A stretch of DNA of 64,000 nt, from NCBI GenBank assembly GCA_028688415.1, contig JAQTYF010000001.1:577895-641894 (forward strand), in the 5' to 3' direction. The stretch is from Candidatus Moraniibacteriota bacterium. GTDB lineage: Bacteria > Patescibacteriota > Minisyncoccia > Moranbacterales > UBA1568. Each line of letters opens with the position of its first letter. Position 1 is the first letter of the stretch. The translations under genes and the position numbers were made by a program. Of the stretch, positions 8,508 through 18,184 are shown piece by piece. Below the pieces are notes generated by a model. That model was given only the letters and a program-made list of their open reading frames with translations. It was not told the DNA's origin and did no database searches.

Positions 8508-8654
8508 CGTTCCTGGCGCTTCATTTGTGTTCCTTACTTTCTCTTCTTAACATGTGAAGCGTCATTTGATCCCATATCCGTTCTGCAATCAGTAGAAAAG
8601 AAATGGGATTTTTGCTTTTTTTACCGTATATGTTAGGCTTCAAGAAAGAAAACT

Positions 8655-9746
8655 ATGGAAAATCTCTTTCACGGAATTGAAAATGAATATCAGGAAATAA
8701 TGACGCTTCTCAGTGCGCCAGAAATTTTACATGACCAAAAAAAATATGCTGTTCTCGGAAGAAGAAAAACTGAACTCGAAATTATTATTGGTCATATCAC
8801 CCGTCTCCGTATCATAGAGAAGAATATGCGAGAGAATGCTGAACTCACACAGGGAGAAGATGATGCTGAACTCAAAGAAATGGCAATGAATGAGAATCTC
8901 GACCTTTCAGTTGAAAAAACAAAGCTCGAAGAAACACTCAAAAAACTCCTTCTCCCAAGAGACCCTTCGGATGAAAAAGATGTCATTGTAGAGATCCGTG
9001 GTGGTGCTGGAGGAGATGAATCAAGTCTCTTTGCTTCCGAACTCTTCCGTATGTATTCGCACTACACAGAGAAACAGGGTTGGAGAATTGTCATGCTCCA
9101 TTCTAATCAGACAGAGGTAGGTGGATTCAAAGAAGTAGTTTTTGAAATCAATCGTGGTTCGAGTGATATGCCTGTATATCAGAAAATGAAATACGAATCT
9201 GGAGTGCATCGAGTGCAACGCATCCCAGAAACAGAAAAATCTGGACGAATCCATACCTCGACTGCAACGGTCGTTGTTCTTCCGCAAGTCGAAGAAGTAG
9301 AAGTGGTTATTCGCAATGAAGATCTCCGTATTGATACATTTTGTTCATCTGGTCCTGGTGGACAATCCGTCAATACAACCTACAGTGCTGTTCGTATCAC
9401 TCATCTCCCTACAAATACCGTTGTTTCTTGTCAGGATGAGAAATCTCAAATCAAAAATAAAGAGAAGGCTCTCAAAGTCCTCCGTTCTCGCCTCTTTCAG
9501 CTTGAAGAAGACAAACAAAATCAAGCACTCGGGAATGCTCGTCGTACACAAATCGGCACAGGTGATCGAAGCGAAAAAATCCGTACATACAATTTCCCAC
9601 AAGATCGAATTACCGATCATCGAATAAAGATGTCTTGGAGTAATATTCCTCAGGTTCTCAGTGGAAACTTTGAACCAATTATCAATGCTCTCGAAACAGA
9701 AGATATGAGACTCAAACTCGAACAACAATCAGCCAACAACCAGTAA
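8655..9746 (+). CDS. prfA: Peptide chain release factor 1
   Basis: GGQ motif ([10 protein letters not shown]), PET (PxT) tripeptide, [13 protein letters not shown]. Confidence 0.9.
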   Translation: MENLFHGIENEYQEIMTLLSAPEILHDQKKYAVLGRRKTELEIIIGHITRLRIIEKNMRENAELTQGEDDAELKEMAMNENLDLSVEKTKLEETLKKLLLPRDPSDEKDVIVEIRGGAGGDESSLFASELFRMYSHYTEKQGWRIVMLHSNQTEVGGFKEVVFEINRGSSDMPVYQKMKYESGVHRVQRIPETEKSGRIHTSTATVVVLPQVEEVEVVIRNEDLRIDTFCSSGPGGQSVNTTYSAVRITHLPTNTVVSCQDEKSQIKNKEKALKVLRSRLFQLEEDKQNQALGNARRTQIGTGDRSEKIRTYNFPQDRITDHRIKMSWSNIPQVLSGNFEPIINALETEDMRLKLEQQSANNQ

Positions 9747-9843
9747 TCACAAAACGTAAAATCTCAAAAAATTTTCAGAAGACCTGATGATAAAGTTTTA
9801 TCATCGTTTGATGAAAAATATTTGAGATTTTTTTTCAGAAAAT

Positions 9844-10752
9844 ATGACTATCAAAGAATTACAAAATGAATTTCTCTCTGCTGAGAAGAAATATATTGAT
9901 CCTATTGATTTTTTTCTCTTGATCGCTCATACGCTCAAGAAAGAAAAAATATTTATTCTTACTCATCCTGAATATGAAATAAATTCATCGGAAGAAAAAA
10001 ATATCAGAAACAACATACTCCGTAGAATACAACACGAACCCATAGCGTACATTACTGGATCCAAAGAATTCTATGGCTATGATTTTACTGTTACAAAAGA
10101 TACTCTCATACCGCGACCAGAAACAGAACAGATAGTTGAGTTAGTTATTGAATCAGTTCATAATCAACAATTAACAGAAAACAAGGAACAGAAAATTGCC
10201 ATTATCGATATTGGTACAGGAAGCGGAAACATTATTATTTCCATCGTAAAGGAAATAAAAAAACAATTCACCTCGTCTGTTTCAAATATATCCTTTTATG
10301 CTCTTGATATCTCTCTCCCTGCCCTTGTTGTCGCGAAAGAAAATGCGAAGAAACACGCTGTCGAGAACAATATAGAATTTTATACGAGTGATCTCCTCGA
10401 AGGAATGAAAGAAAAAATCCCTCAAACAGATATTCTCATTATCACTGCCAACCTCCCCTATGTCTCACATACTTTGTATGAGAATACGCCACCAGACGTA
10501 CATAACTTTGAACCAATGACCGCGCTTATAAGCGAAGAAGACGGTCTCGCTCATTATCATCGTCTCTTGAAAAAAATCAAACAACTCTCTTATACGAAAC
10601 AATCTTTTTTTCTTTTATTGGAGATGAGTCCTGAACAGTCGCTTCCTCTCTCACGTTTTATTTCCGATCTCTTTCCTCAAGCAACCGTACACATACACCA
10701 AGATCTTGCACAAAAAGATCGTATTGTTTCTATTATTCTCTCGCGTCTATAA
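9844..10752 (+). CDS. prmC: Release factor glutamine N5-methyltransferase (HemK/PrmC family)
   Basis: SAM-binding IDIGTGSGNI; NLPY variant of the NPPY motif; located immediately after prfA. Confidence 0.75.
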   Translation: MTIKELQNEFLSAEKKYIDPIDFFLLIAHTLKKEKIFILTHPEYEINSSEEKNIRNNILRRIQHEPIAYITGSKEFYGYDFTVTKDTLIPRPETEQIVELVIESVHNQQLTENKEQKIAIIDIGTGSGNIIISIVKEIKKQFTSSVSNISFYALDISLPALVVAKENAKKHAVENNIEFYTSDLLEGMKEKIPQTDILIITANLPYVSHTLYENTPPDVHNFEPMTALISEEDGLAHYHRLLKKIKQLSYTKQSFFLLLEMSPEQSLPLSRFISDLFPQATVHIHQDLAQKDRIVSIILSRL

Positions 10753-10785
10753 AATTTCCTTATTATAAGCTACACCACAAAAAAA

Positions 10786-10818
10786 CAAAAACTCCGATAA
10801 ACGGAGTTTTTGTTTTTT
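10786..10818. terminator. Bidirectional intrinsic terminator (prmC / lysine-rich gene)
   Basis: aaaaactccgataaacggagtttttgtttttt: stem actccg/cggagt flanked by A- and T-runs. Confidence 0.65.
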
Positions 10819-10847
10819 GAACCAAAAGAAATGGAACAGAAAAACGA

Positions 10848-11006
10848 TTATCGTTTCTTTGTTACTTTCTTAGCGGCCTTCTTGACTACTTTTTTTACAG
10901 CTTTTTTTGTAACTTTCTTAGCTACTTTTTTTACAGCTTTTTTTGTAACTTTCTTAGCTACTTTTTTTACAGCTTTTTTTACTGTTTTCTTTTTTGCTAC
11001 TGCCAT
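10848..11006 (-). CDS. Small lysine-rich repeat protein (52 aa), histone H1-like/basic nucleoid-protein-like composition
   Basis: Manual translation MAVAKKKTVKKAVKKVAKKVTKKAVKKVAKKVTKKAVKKVVKKAAKKVTKKR with strong SD aaggaggtga 5 nt upstream. The track ORF 10810..11025(+) is the opposite strand of the same repeats. Confidence 0.6.
   Translation of the reverse strand: MAVAKKKTVKKAVKKVAKKVTKKAVKKVAKKVTKKAVKKVVKKAAKKVTKKR
10861..10980. repeat. About 3.3 tandem copies of a 36-bp unit (gtaactttcttagctactttttttacagcttttttt) inside the lysine-rich CDS
   Basis: Two perfect units at 10909..10944 and 10945..10980, plus a diverged unit with a 12-nt insertion. Units keep the frame and encode KKAVKKVAKKVT. 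Not CRISPR-like. Confidence 0.6.
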
Positions 11007-11408
11007 AGTACTCACCTCCTTCTAACCACTCTTCTTTTGTTTCATATGTTTATGAAACAGAAAAAAGAAATATGGAATTATTTATTTTTGTTTCACACAA
11101 TAATTTTTGTGCGTATTACAGAAAATTATTTCTGCATACTTTTATTATACTCTTTTTTTAGAAATTGCAAAGGAAAAAAATATCTGTCAACCCCCTCATT
11201 CTCTTTTTTTGTAAAAATAATTTTTTATTTTTTCTTATAAAAATATTTCTTCTTTTATTCTGAAAAAATAAAAGAGAAAAATATTCATTCAATTATAAAA
11301 AAGAGTACACACTCATAAAAATAAAAAGAAGAAAAATAATTACCAAGAAAAATATTTTTCTATATTATCTTCCCTTTTATTACGCCAAAAATAGAATGAT
11401 TTGTCCAG

Positions 11409-11437
11409 TTGACAGCTGTTTTTCGAAGACGTAGTAT
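11409..11437 (+). promoter_or_regulatory. Consensus sigma70-type promoter TTGACA-17-TAGTAT upstream of the 11559 gene
   Basis: ttgaca at 11409-11414, 17-nt spacer, tagtat at 11432-11437; about 120 nt before the ATG; in a ~550-bp AT-rich divergent intergenic region. Confidence 0.5.
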
Positions 11438-11558
11438 GAGAGGCAGAGCGGTCGATTAACTTATCGATGACACAAAAGATAGGTAAGTTAAAAGAAGCTT
11501 CAACGTAAGCCAGTACCTTATTAATCTTCATAAAAACTAGAAAGAGGGGTGAAAAGAT

Positions 11559-12143
11559 ATGGAACAACAAGATCCTATGTTCGAAGAATCTCCTGCTGAT
11601 CAAGCAAAAGCTTGGGTGCAAGAAAATCTTCGTATCATTGTCAGCGTCTTCATTGTTGCGGCAATCGCTCTGGGCATTTACTCCTACTCACAACGTACGG
11701 CAGTAATCTCAGACGACGAGAATACCCTTCTCGAAACCAAGCAAGGTGAAACAAGTATTCTGACAGGAGATACGAAATCAGAAGGCTCCGTAAAAGCAGA
11801 TGTGAAAAACAACGTTATTGTCACTCCGGAACTTAGTCGAGAAACCGAAACATCTTTCGTGGAACAGGCGGAACTCGGAAACGGAACAACACATTTGGCT
11901 CGTCGAGCCCTTGCTCATTACCTGGAAAAGAATCAAGACTCATCACTCACAGCGGAACACAAAGTATATATCGAAGATTATCTTCGAAAAAATGTTCGCT
12001 TTGAAGGAGCGGTTATCCCTCAGACATCTCTCGAATTTTCGAAAGACTTGATCAAACAAGGCATTGAGAAATCAAAGATGTTGAATGAAAAACAATTACA
12101 GAACTTAAAAAAATATTCTTCTCGTGTCAGCGCTTACCGCTAA
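11559..12143 (+). CDS. Hypothetical membrane-anchored protein
   Basis: SD agaggggtga; single TM IIVSVFIVAAIALGIYSY; otherwise hydrophilic. Confidence 0.5.
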   Translation: MEQQDPMFEESPADQAKAWVQENLRIIVSVFIVAAIALGIYSYSQRTAVISDDENTLLETKQGETSILTGDTKSEGSVKADVKNNVIVTPELSRETETSFVEQAELGNGTTHLARRALAHYLEKNQDSSLTAEHKVYIEDYLRKNVRFEGAVIPQTSLEFSKDLIKQGIEKSKMLNEKQLQNLKKYSSRVSAYR

Positions 12144-12176
12144 TACATCAGGAAGAGTCAGTTGTTCTTTCTTTTC

Positions 12177-12214
12177 AAAAACACAGCCCCGTAACACGGG
12201 GCTGTGTTTTGTTT
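12177..12214. terminator. Bidirectional intrinsic terminator
   Basis: aaaaacacagccccgtaacacggggctgtgttttgttt: perfect 11-bp GC-rich stem. Confidence 0.65.
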
Positions 12215-12220
12215 ATCTCT

Positions 12221-13249
12221 TTAATTCCTTTGTTTGAGTCGTATACGCCAATCTACGAAAAGAAGAAACCCAAAAATAATTATTGCTACAATAAACAAAG
12301 CAAAGAATTTTCCTAGAGCCTGGGTGTTCAGAGCAATCACTGCTATAACGGAAGTAATAAAGAAAAAAAATACCGCTATCTGACGCTCAGACCAACCAAT
12401 TTCAAGCAATCGAAAATGCAAATGTCTTTTATCAGGTAAGAAAAGAGATGATCCTTCGCGAAAACGTTGCCAAATGACAAAGAGAGCATCCAAAATCGGT
12501 AGAGAAAGCACTAAAAGAGCAGTCGCGATCTTCGTTCCCGCAATTACTGCCAAAATAGCGATGAGAAAACCAAGAAACATAGAGCCTACCGTACCAGCAA
12601 GAATACGCGCTGGATAAAAATTGAAGAACAAGAACCCAATTGTTATCCCCATACCAACGACTGCGAGAATAGCGATTGGCGGTTGATATACTTCTGGTTT
12701 AAGACTGAGGAAAAAAATAGTGATAAACGTAATGAGCGAAATACTCCCGCAAAGCCCATCAAGCCCATCAAGCCAATTCAAAGCGTTCATTACAAGAAAC
12801 ATCCAAAAAAACAGAAGAAGAAATCCTGGTAGCACGAAAATTTCATAAGGAACAATCCATACTCCACCAAAAGGATTCGAGAGAGAGTGTATGTGAATAC
12901 CAAAAATAAAAACGAGGGCAGTAAGAGCAATTTGAAAAAATATCTGTACTTTCCACTCTATTTCTTTCAGATCATCCCAAAGACCAAAGAAAAGTATGAG
13001 CAAGCCTCCACACAACACTCCATACAATTCTCGCGTCAATACAAGATGCGAATCAAAAAAAAGGGTGAAGAGAAAAGCAAAAAGCATTGCCACTCCTCCT
13101 AAACGAGAAAGTGTTTTCCTCTGTGCATGACGGCTCTCTGTTCGCCATACAGATCGCTTAAAAAGAGGTACCAAGAGAAAAAGGAGAATACAGCCTACAG
13201 TCAGTGCAAACGCTATAAAAAAAGGGGTGAGGAAAAGATCTATCGTCAT
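12221..13249 (-). CDS. Polyprenyl-phosphate N-acetylhexosamine-1-phosphate transferase, MraY/WecA (GT4 PNPT) family
   Basis: About 10 TM helices; NALNWLDGLDGL (DDxxD-like); WecA-like HLHF region. Confidence 0.75.
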   Translation of the reverse strand: MTIDLFLTPFFIAFALTVGCILLFLLVPLFKRSVWRTESRHAQRKTLSRLGGVAMLFAFLFTLFFDSHLVLTRELYGVLCGGLLILFFGLWDDLKEIEWKVQIFFQIALTALVFIFGIHIHSLSNPFGGVWIVPYEIFVLPGFLLLFFWMFLVMNALNWLDGLDGLCGSISLITFITIFFLSLKPEVYQPPIAILAVVGMGITIGFLFFNFYPARILAGTVGSMFLGFLIAILAVIAGTKIATALLVLSLPILDALFVIWQRFREGSSLFLPDKRHLHFRLLEIGWSERQIAVFFFFITSVIAVIALNTQALGKFFALFIVAIIIFGFLLFVDWRIRLKQRN

Positions 13250-13261
13250 AAACAGAGCACT

Positions 13262-13681
13262 TCAGTAATTAATCACCGCGACACTGATACTGACTATTAC
13301 GATACCGAAAGAGAGAAGGCAACCACCAAGGAGCATGAGATACGAGGCAATACGTTCAGACTTCTGATAAAAATGATAGGAGAGGAAAGTATGCAGTAAA
13401 GTAAAAAAGATACTCGCCAGTGGAAAAAGATATGCTTGCCACCAAGATCCCTGGATATCTACCCCGAAATACACGTTGTAATGTAAGATAATAATATTCT
13501 CTTCTTGTCTAACAAAATATCCAAGCAGTCCGAGACTTAAAAGACAGAGAAGGATATTCGTGATGAGCAAAATTTGTACAATATCATTGGCAAAAAAAGA
13601 ATGCTTCGCTTCTGATTGCAGAGTAACAGCATCCCAAGACAATTCATTTGTATTTTCTTGATATGGCATAGAGAAAATCAA
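13262..13681 (-). CDS. Hypothetical integral membrane protein
   Basis: 139 aa with 3-4 hydrophobic segments; 4-nt overlap with rmuC. Confidence 0.45.
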   Translation of the reverse strand: MIFSMPYQENTNELSWDAVTLQSEAKHSFFANDIVQILLITNILLCLLSLGLLGYFVRQEENIIILHYNVYFGVDIQGSWWQAYLFPLASIFFTLLHTFLSYHFYQKSERIASYLMLLGGCLLSFGIVIVSISVAVINY

Positions 13682-14745
13682 TTTGGAGTATCGAGCAAAG
13701 CATCGGAATGTTCTTGTTCTACACCAAGACGAGCATGATCAAGTTGATTTGTTACTTTGAAAAGACGCTTCTCTACCTCATCATATTTTTTATGGGCATT
13801 GCCGATATGACCACCGAGCACAGCAAATTCTTGTTCAAATTTCTCATGCTCACGAGCTAATTTATCTAATTGCCCCATAATCTCTTTCGCTCTTTTTTCT
13901 ATTTGAAGACCCTGCAATCCAAAAAGAATCGTCCTCATATAGGCATAAAAAGAGTTCGGGGAAACAGGCATAATACGTCGCTGTGTCAGATAATCAAGCA
14001 ATCCTTGTTCGTCATCGTCTTTGATAATAATTTCATAATAAACATTTTCCGCAGGAACATACATCAATGCGAAATCAAGCGTCCCCTCTTCGGGAACAAT
14101 ATATTTGTTTGCTATAGCATCCACATGCTTCTTCACATCAGTATAAAACTGTTTTCGTGCGATACGCTTTTCATCATCAGTTTTTGCGGTAATAATCTTT
14201 TTGAAATTCTCTAAAGGAAATTTAGAATCCACACTGACTAATCCCCCTTTGAGCTTGATAATCGCATCTACCGCTTCACCACTCTTGAACATATATTGCA
14301 AAGCAAAATTTTCCTTAGGAAGCATCTGAGACAAGAGGTCTTGAAGCATCAATTCACCAAATCCACCACGAATTTTTGGAGCTTTCAAAATCTCTTGTAA
14401 TGAAGCCACCTCTTTTCCTACTTCAAGAATTTTTTCACTCGAATAACGCAATTGTTCCAAATCTTTCTGAACATCAGCATACGAACGAGCCGCTTTATCC
14501 AAACGATCATCGAGACGCTTCCCATTCTCTGAAAGACGATTATCGAGCATATGCTGAAAATTCGAAAGTTGCTGATTGAATGCATTGGCAATAGAATGAA
14601 TCTCCGAATCAAAATGACGACTCATGTTGATCATCTCTATTCGCGAAGCATCAGAATCAGTATTTTTCTTTTGCAAAGAAAAAACCAGCCATAAAACGAG
14701 ACTGGTTACAAAGAACAAAAGAAGAACGACTATCCAAGATATCAT
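13678..14745 (-). CDS. rmuC: DNA recombination protein RmuC
   Basis: N-terminal TM and coiled coil; PKIRGGFGELMLQDLL matches the RmuC signature; C-terminal nuclease-like region. Confidence 0.8.
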   Translation of the reverse strand: MISWIVVLLLFFVTSLVLWLVFSLQKKNTDSDASRIEMINMSRHFDSEIHSIANAFNQQLSNFQHMLDNRLSENGKRLDDRLDKAARSYADVQKDLEQLRYSSEKILEVGKEVASLQEILKAPKIRGGFGELMLQDLLSQMLPKENFALQYMFKSGEAVDAIIKLKGGLVSVDSKFPLENFKKIITAKTDDEKRIARKQFYTDVKKHVDAIANKYIVPEEGTLDFALMYVPAENVYYEIIIKDDDEQGLLDYLTQRRIMPVSPNSFYAYMRTILFGLQGLQIEKRAKEIMGQLDKLAREHEKFEQEFAVLGGHIGNAHKKYDEVEKRLFKVTNQLDHARLGVEQEHSDALLDTPN

Positions 14746-14775
14746 ATATGCTTATTGAAAAAAATTGTCTTTTTT

Positions 14776-15381
14776 TTATTTATTCAATCCAGAAATGAAT
14801 CGTTTCAGTTCAGGGACTTTGTTCGAAACTTCTTCATATGGTCCTTCAAGAAACTCAATAAAAAAACGATCCAGCATATTTAATCGATAGTGGAGTTCTT
14901 CGCTATTCATAAGTACAAAACGAATTTCCTTACCCACTTCTGCTTCCAAATGAGCGATAGCATGCTTGAGCTTAGTACGATTGATATTGTTCACCACAAG
15001 AATCATATCGACTTTGCTTTTTGGATAATTGAGAAATAAGCCACTAATGAGAATAAGTTTCACTTCACCTATAATCTTCAGTTTACGAAAAACCTGTGAT
15101 TGAGCATGGACATTGAGTTTCGAGACAAGACTTTTCAGTTCGGTATAGAAAGGAAAATCTTCATTGACTGAGAATTGTTTTTTCCCTTTACGTGAATGTT
15201 CAATAACCATCTTCATTTTCGTCAGACGTACTATCTCACGACTCACTTCTGGTCTCGAAATAAGTGTTTTCTCTGATATGGTAACAGTCCCAAACTCTAC
15301 TCCGGGATTGAGAATGAAAAATCGTATAAGTCGAGCGCGAGCCTTCGATCCAAACAGCGAGTCAAACAATGCAAGTGACAT
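14776..15381 (-). CDS. Hypothetical protein
   Basis: 201-aa ORF, first gene of the 14776-12221 minus-strand run; no motif recognised. Confidence 0.4.
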   Translation of the reverse strand: MSLALFDSLFGSKARARLIRFFILNPGVEFGTVTISEKTLISRPEVSREIVRLTKMKMVIEHSRKGKKQFSVNEDFPFYTELKSLVSKLNVHAQSQVFRKLKIIGEVKLILISGLFLNYPKSKVDMILVVNNINRTKLKHAIAHLEAEVGKEIRFVLMNSEELHYRLNMLDRFFIEFLEGPYEEVSNKVPELKRFISGLNK

Positions 15382-15647
15382 AGGAATACAATCGTTACGA
15401 ATAGAGCCAGAAAAGAGTTATTTTCCCCTTTTTTCCAGTATAGAAAGAAAAAGGCGAAAAGTCAAAAAGAGCTTTCTTCTTCCCAAAAAGAAAAGAGGCG
15501 TTGTTGAGTGCATAAAAGAGGCTGTATCTCACGAGATATGCTATAATAAGTATATTCTTTTTCTTTCTGACAAGATTTTTTCATCTTGATAAGAAAAGGT
15601 ACGTTATTCTTTATGTTTTCTCTTTCAAAACAAGCATCAAAAAAAGT

Positions 15648-18122
15648 ATGCTCAACAAAAAACAACAAGAAAAGGTTCAAGGAGTTCCCGATTTGAAAAA
15701 AATTATCACTGAAATTCCTGTTACCAAAGGACGCGGCACAGAGCCTTTTGTAAAAGTCTTCAACTATAGTGATCAAAACATCGCCAAAAGTTCTCTCGGG
15801 TCTCTTGTGGGTGTTTTTGAAATTTCCGATAAAGATGAAAATTCTGTCTTCATTGTCAATTTCCTTACTTCTGTAGCAAAAAAAGAATATTTCAGCAATC
15901 TCCGTCGTGGATCTATCGAAAGTTTCGAAGCATCTCTCCATAAAATCAATCTTGCACTAGCAGAACTCGTCAAAGACGGTCATATCGCATGGCTTGGTAA
16001 GTTTCATGGTGCTATCGGCGTACTCGAAAAAAATAATTTGCATTTTTCCGTTACTGGACAGGCACAGATACTCCTCTTACGGAACGGTAACCTTTCAGAA
16101 ATAAGTGATGGAATAACTTCTCCAGAGTCTAACACTCATCCTCTTAAAACGTTTATTGAAATATCGAGCGGACGACTCGTTCCCCAAGATAAAATCATAC
16201 TCACGTCTCCCGAACTTTTTGAACTTCTCTCTACCGAAGAGCTTGAGAAAAATGCTCTCCGTATGGACAACGAGCAGTTTTCTCAGTTTTTACGAACGGT
16301 ACTCGTAAATAAACTCGATATGGGAGGATCTCTTATCGTCGATTTTGAAGAAACTGAACAAATACAAGAAGTAAAGAAAGAGGTAAAAAAGGTTATTAAA
16401 ACGTCACAGAATTTTTTCAGTCAAGAGCCATTTGAAACTGCTCAAAAAGAAAAGAATGCTATCATCGTAAACGGCGTACTCAATAATCATGAAGTTTCTG
16501 ATGCCGAAAAAGAATATACCGATCCTCGTACTCGACATATTTATGTCCATGGCGACACTGAACAGATAGATGAAAGTCATCCATTTCAAGAAAATATGCA
16601 GTCCTTTTTGCAAGACATCGCTCATTCGTTGGAAGGCATACTTATTGCTCAAAAAAAATTACTCCGTAAATTTGGAAAGAGAATAACCCTTTCTTTTGTC
16701 TTCCTGACGGAAAGAACCCTTACAGCATTCTCTACTTTTTTCTCTCTCATTCATAAACAATGGATCAAAGGAAGCGCCGTTCTCGTATCCAAAATACGGT
16801 CTGTCCAAATCATATCACCTATCAAAAAGAAGATTCAGAAAACCTCTCCTATACATATAGAGTACAAACAATCCTTCCCAAGTGATATCAAAATCGTGCC
16901 AACACAAAAAATTTCCCCTGAAAATGAAGAGCCTTCCTCGGATCTTCCTCCGTTTATAAAGGAAAAATTGGTTGCTTTTTATAAGAAAAAAGAACTGTCT
17001 CATCCAGAACATCTCTTTTGGGAACGCTTTATTACTCTGTTTTCACCTCTTTTTTCTTTCTTTATATCATCGTTTACAAAAGTATCCCGAGCATTATTCA
17101 AATTTTTTGTCTTTATCATAGCATTCGCTAAACCAAAGATTCAGCGTCTTTTTGCCCTCTCATTTCTTTTTCTCAGAACGAAATTAAATCAGTATGAAAA
17201 AAAACAGATCATCCTTGCATCTGGTATTGTTGTCACCCTCATTCTGGGAAGTGTTTTTCTAGTGAAATTTTTCAATAAACAAGAAGCTTCCCCAGTGGTT
17301 GAGGTGCCAATTGAAAATGCTCTTCCCTTTTCCTCTTCTCTCGAAACAGAGAAAAATATCCACTTGGTGCAAGACATGCAATCCATCATGACCACGGAAG
17401 ACACCATTATTACTTCAGTACTACTCGATGATGAAATATACCTCATCACTCCCACTGCTGTTCTTAGTGTGAACGAAAAGAAAAGTTTTCTCTTACCAGA
17501 AAAAAGTGGTTCTGTGACACTCGCTACTCCGATGAATGACTTGCGCCTTATTTTCATCTCTACAGATACCAACGAGCTTTTCTCTTTTGCTCCAAGCAAT
17601 GGAAAATTCACAAAAAATACCCTCAATCTCTTGGACGGAACTATCATACAGTCTATCGGCACTTATCTGACATATCTTTATGTATTGGATGCCAATACCA
17701 ATCACATCTATCGTTTTCCACGTGCAGAAGGTGGTTTTGGAACAGGCTCTCTCTGGACCAAATCCCCCCTCGCTCTTGGAAACTCTCCTCAAATAGCAGT
17801 AAGCGAGACAATTTTTGTTGCTCCAGATACAACTCACATTTCAGCTTTTTTCCGTGGTATATCTACCAAGGATTTTGAATCGCCTCTCGCACCCCTTTCT
17901 CTTTCTTCTCTTCTCGCTTCACCTGATCTCGAGAATATCTATGCAATCGATACTAACGAGAAACGCATACTGATATGGAATCAGGAAGGAATGCTCATTG
18001 CTCAGTATTTCTCCGAACAATTTTCTACTCTCAAAAGTATTTCGGTTGATGAAAAAAAGAATACGGTGTTTATCACAACCGAGAAGGAACTTCTGTCATT
18101 CACCCTTGATTCAAAAAAATAA
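15648..18122 (+). CDS. Large membrane protein: PP2C/SpoIIE-like (apparently non-catalytic) N-terminal domain, two TM segments, extracytoplasmic repeat-rich C-terminal half
   Basis: Residues 1-230 show a PPM-fold-like alternation (LGSLVGVFEISD...ILLLRNGN...IILTSPELFELL) without the DGHGG metal motif. TMs FKFFVFIIAFA and IILASGIVVTLILGSVFLV. C-terminal YVLD/IYAID-type repeats. Confidence 0.55.
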   Translation: MLNKKQQEKVQGVPDLKKIITEIPVTKGRGTEPFVKVFNYSDQNIAKSSLGSLVGVFEISDKDENSVFIVNFLTSVAKKEYFSNLRRGSIESFEASLHKINLALAELVKDGHIAWLGKFHGAIGVLEKNNLHFSVTGQAQILLLRNGNLSEISDGITSPESNTHPLKTFIEISSGRLVPQDKIILTSPELFELLSTEELEKNALRMDNEQFSQFLRTVLVNKLDMGGSLIVDFEETEQIQEVKKEVKKVIKTSQNFFSQEPFETAQKEKNAIIVNGVLNNHEVSDAEKEYTDPRTRHIYVHGDTEQIDESHPFQENMQSFLQDIAHSLEGILIAQKKLLRKFGKRITLSFVFLTERTLTAFSTFFSLIHKQWIKGSAVLVSKIRSVQIISPIKKKIQKTSPIHIEYKQSFPSDIKIVPTQKISPENEEPSSDLPPFIKEKLVAFYKKKELSHPEHLFWERFITLFSPLFSFFISSFTKVSRALFKFFVFIIAFAKPKIQRLFALSFLFLRTKLNQYEKKQIILASGIVVTLILGSVFLVKFFNKQEASPVVEVPIENALPFSSSLETEKNIHLVQDMQSIMTTEDTIITSVLLDDEIYLITPTAVLSVNEKKSFLLPEKSGSVTLATPMNDLRLIFISTDTNELFSFAPSNGKFTKNTLNLLDGTIIQSIGTYLTYLYVLDANTNHIYRFPRAEGGFGTGSLWTKSPLALGNSPQIAVSETIFVAPDTTHISAFFRGISTKDFESPLAPLSLSSLLASPDLENIYAIDTNEKRILIWNQEGMLIAQYFSEQFSTLKSISVDEKKNTVFITTEKELLSFTLDSKK

Positions 18123-18134
18123 ATCCTGATTCCT

Positions 18135-18173
18135 AAAAAAGAGTAACAGTGATCCCGTTACTCTTTTTTGTTT
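18135..18173. terminator. Bidirectional terminator between convergent genes
   Basis: aaaaaagagtaacagtgatcccgttactcttttttg: stem gagtaac/gttactc. Confidence 0.65.
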
Positions 18174-18184
18174 CCTGATATTTT

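Noticed and set aside
10861-10980. Tandem 36-bp repeats that might be mistaken for a CRISPR array
   Set aside because: Units are contiguous with no spacers, keep a reading frame, carry an SD and ATG and encode a KKAVKKVA repeat protein; no cas genes nearby.
11037-11621. Track ORFs 11037..11240(+) and 11340..11621(-) in the AT-rich region
   Set aside because: Extremely AT-rich, low-complexity peptides; the region holds a consensus promoter and is better explained as a divergent regulatory region.
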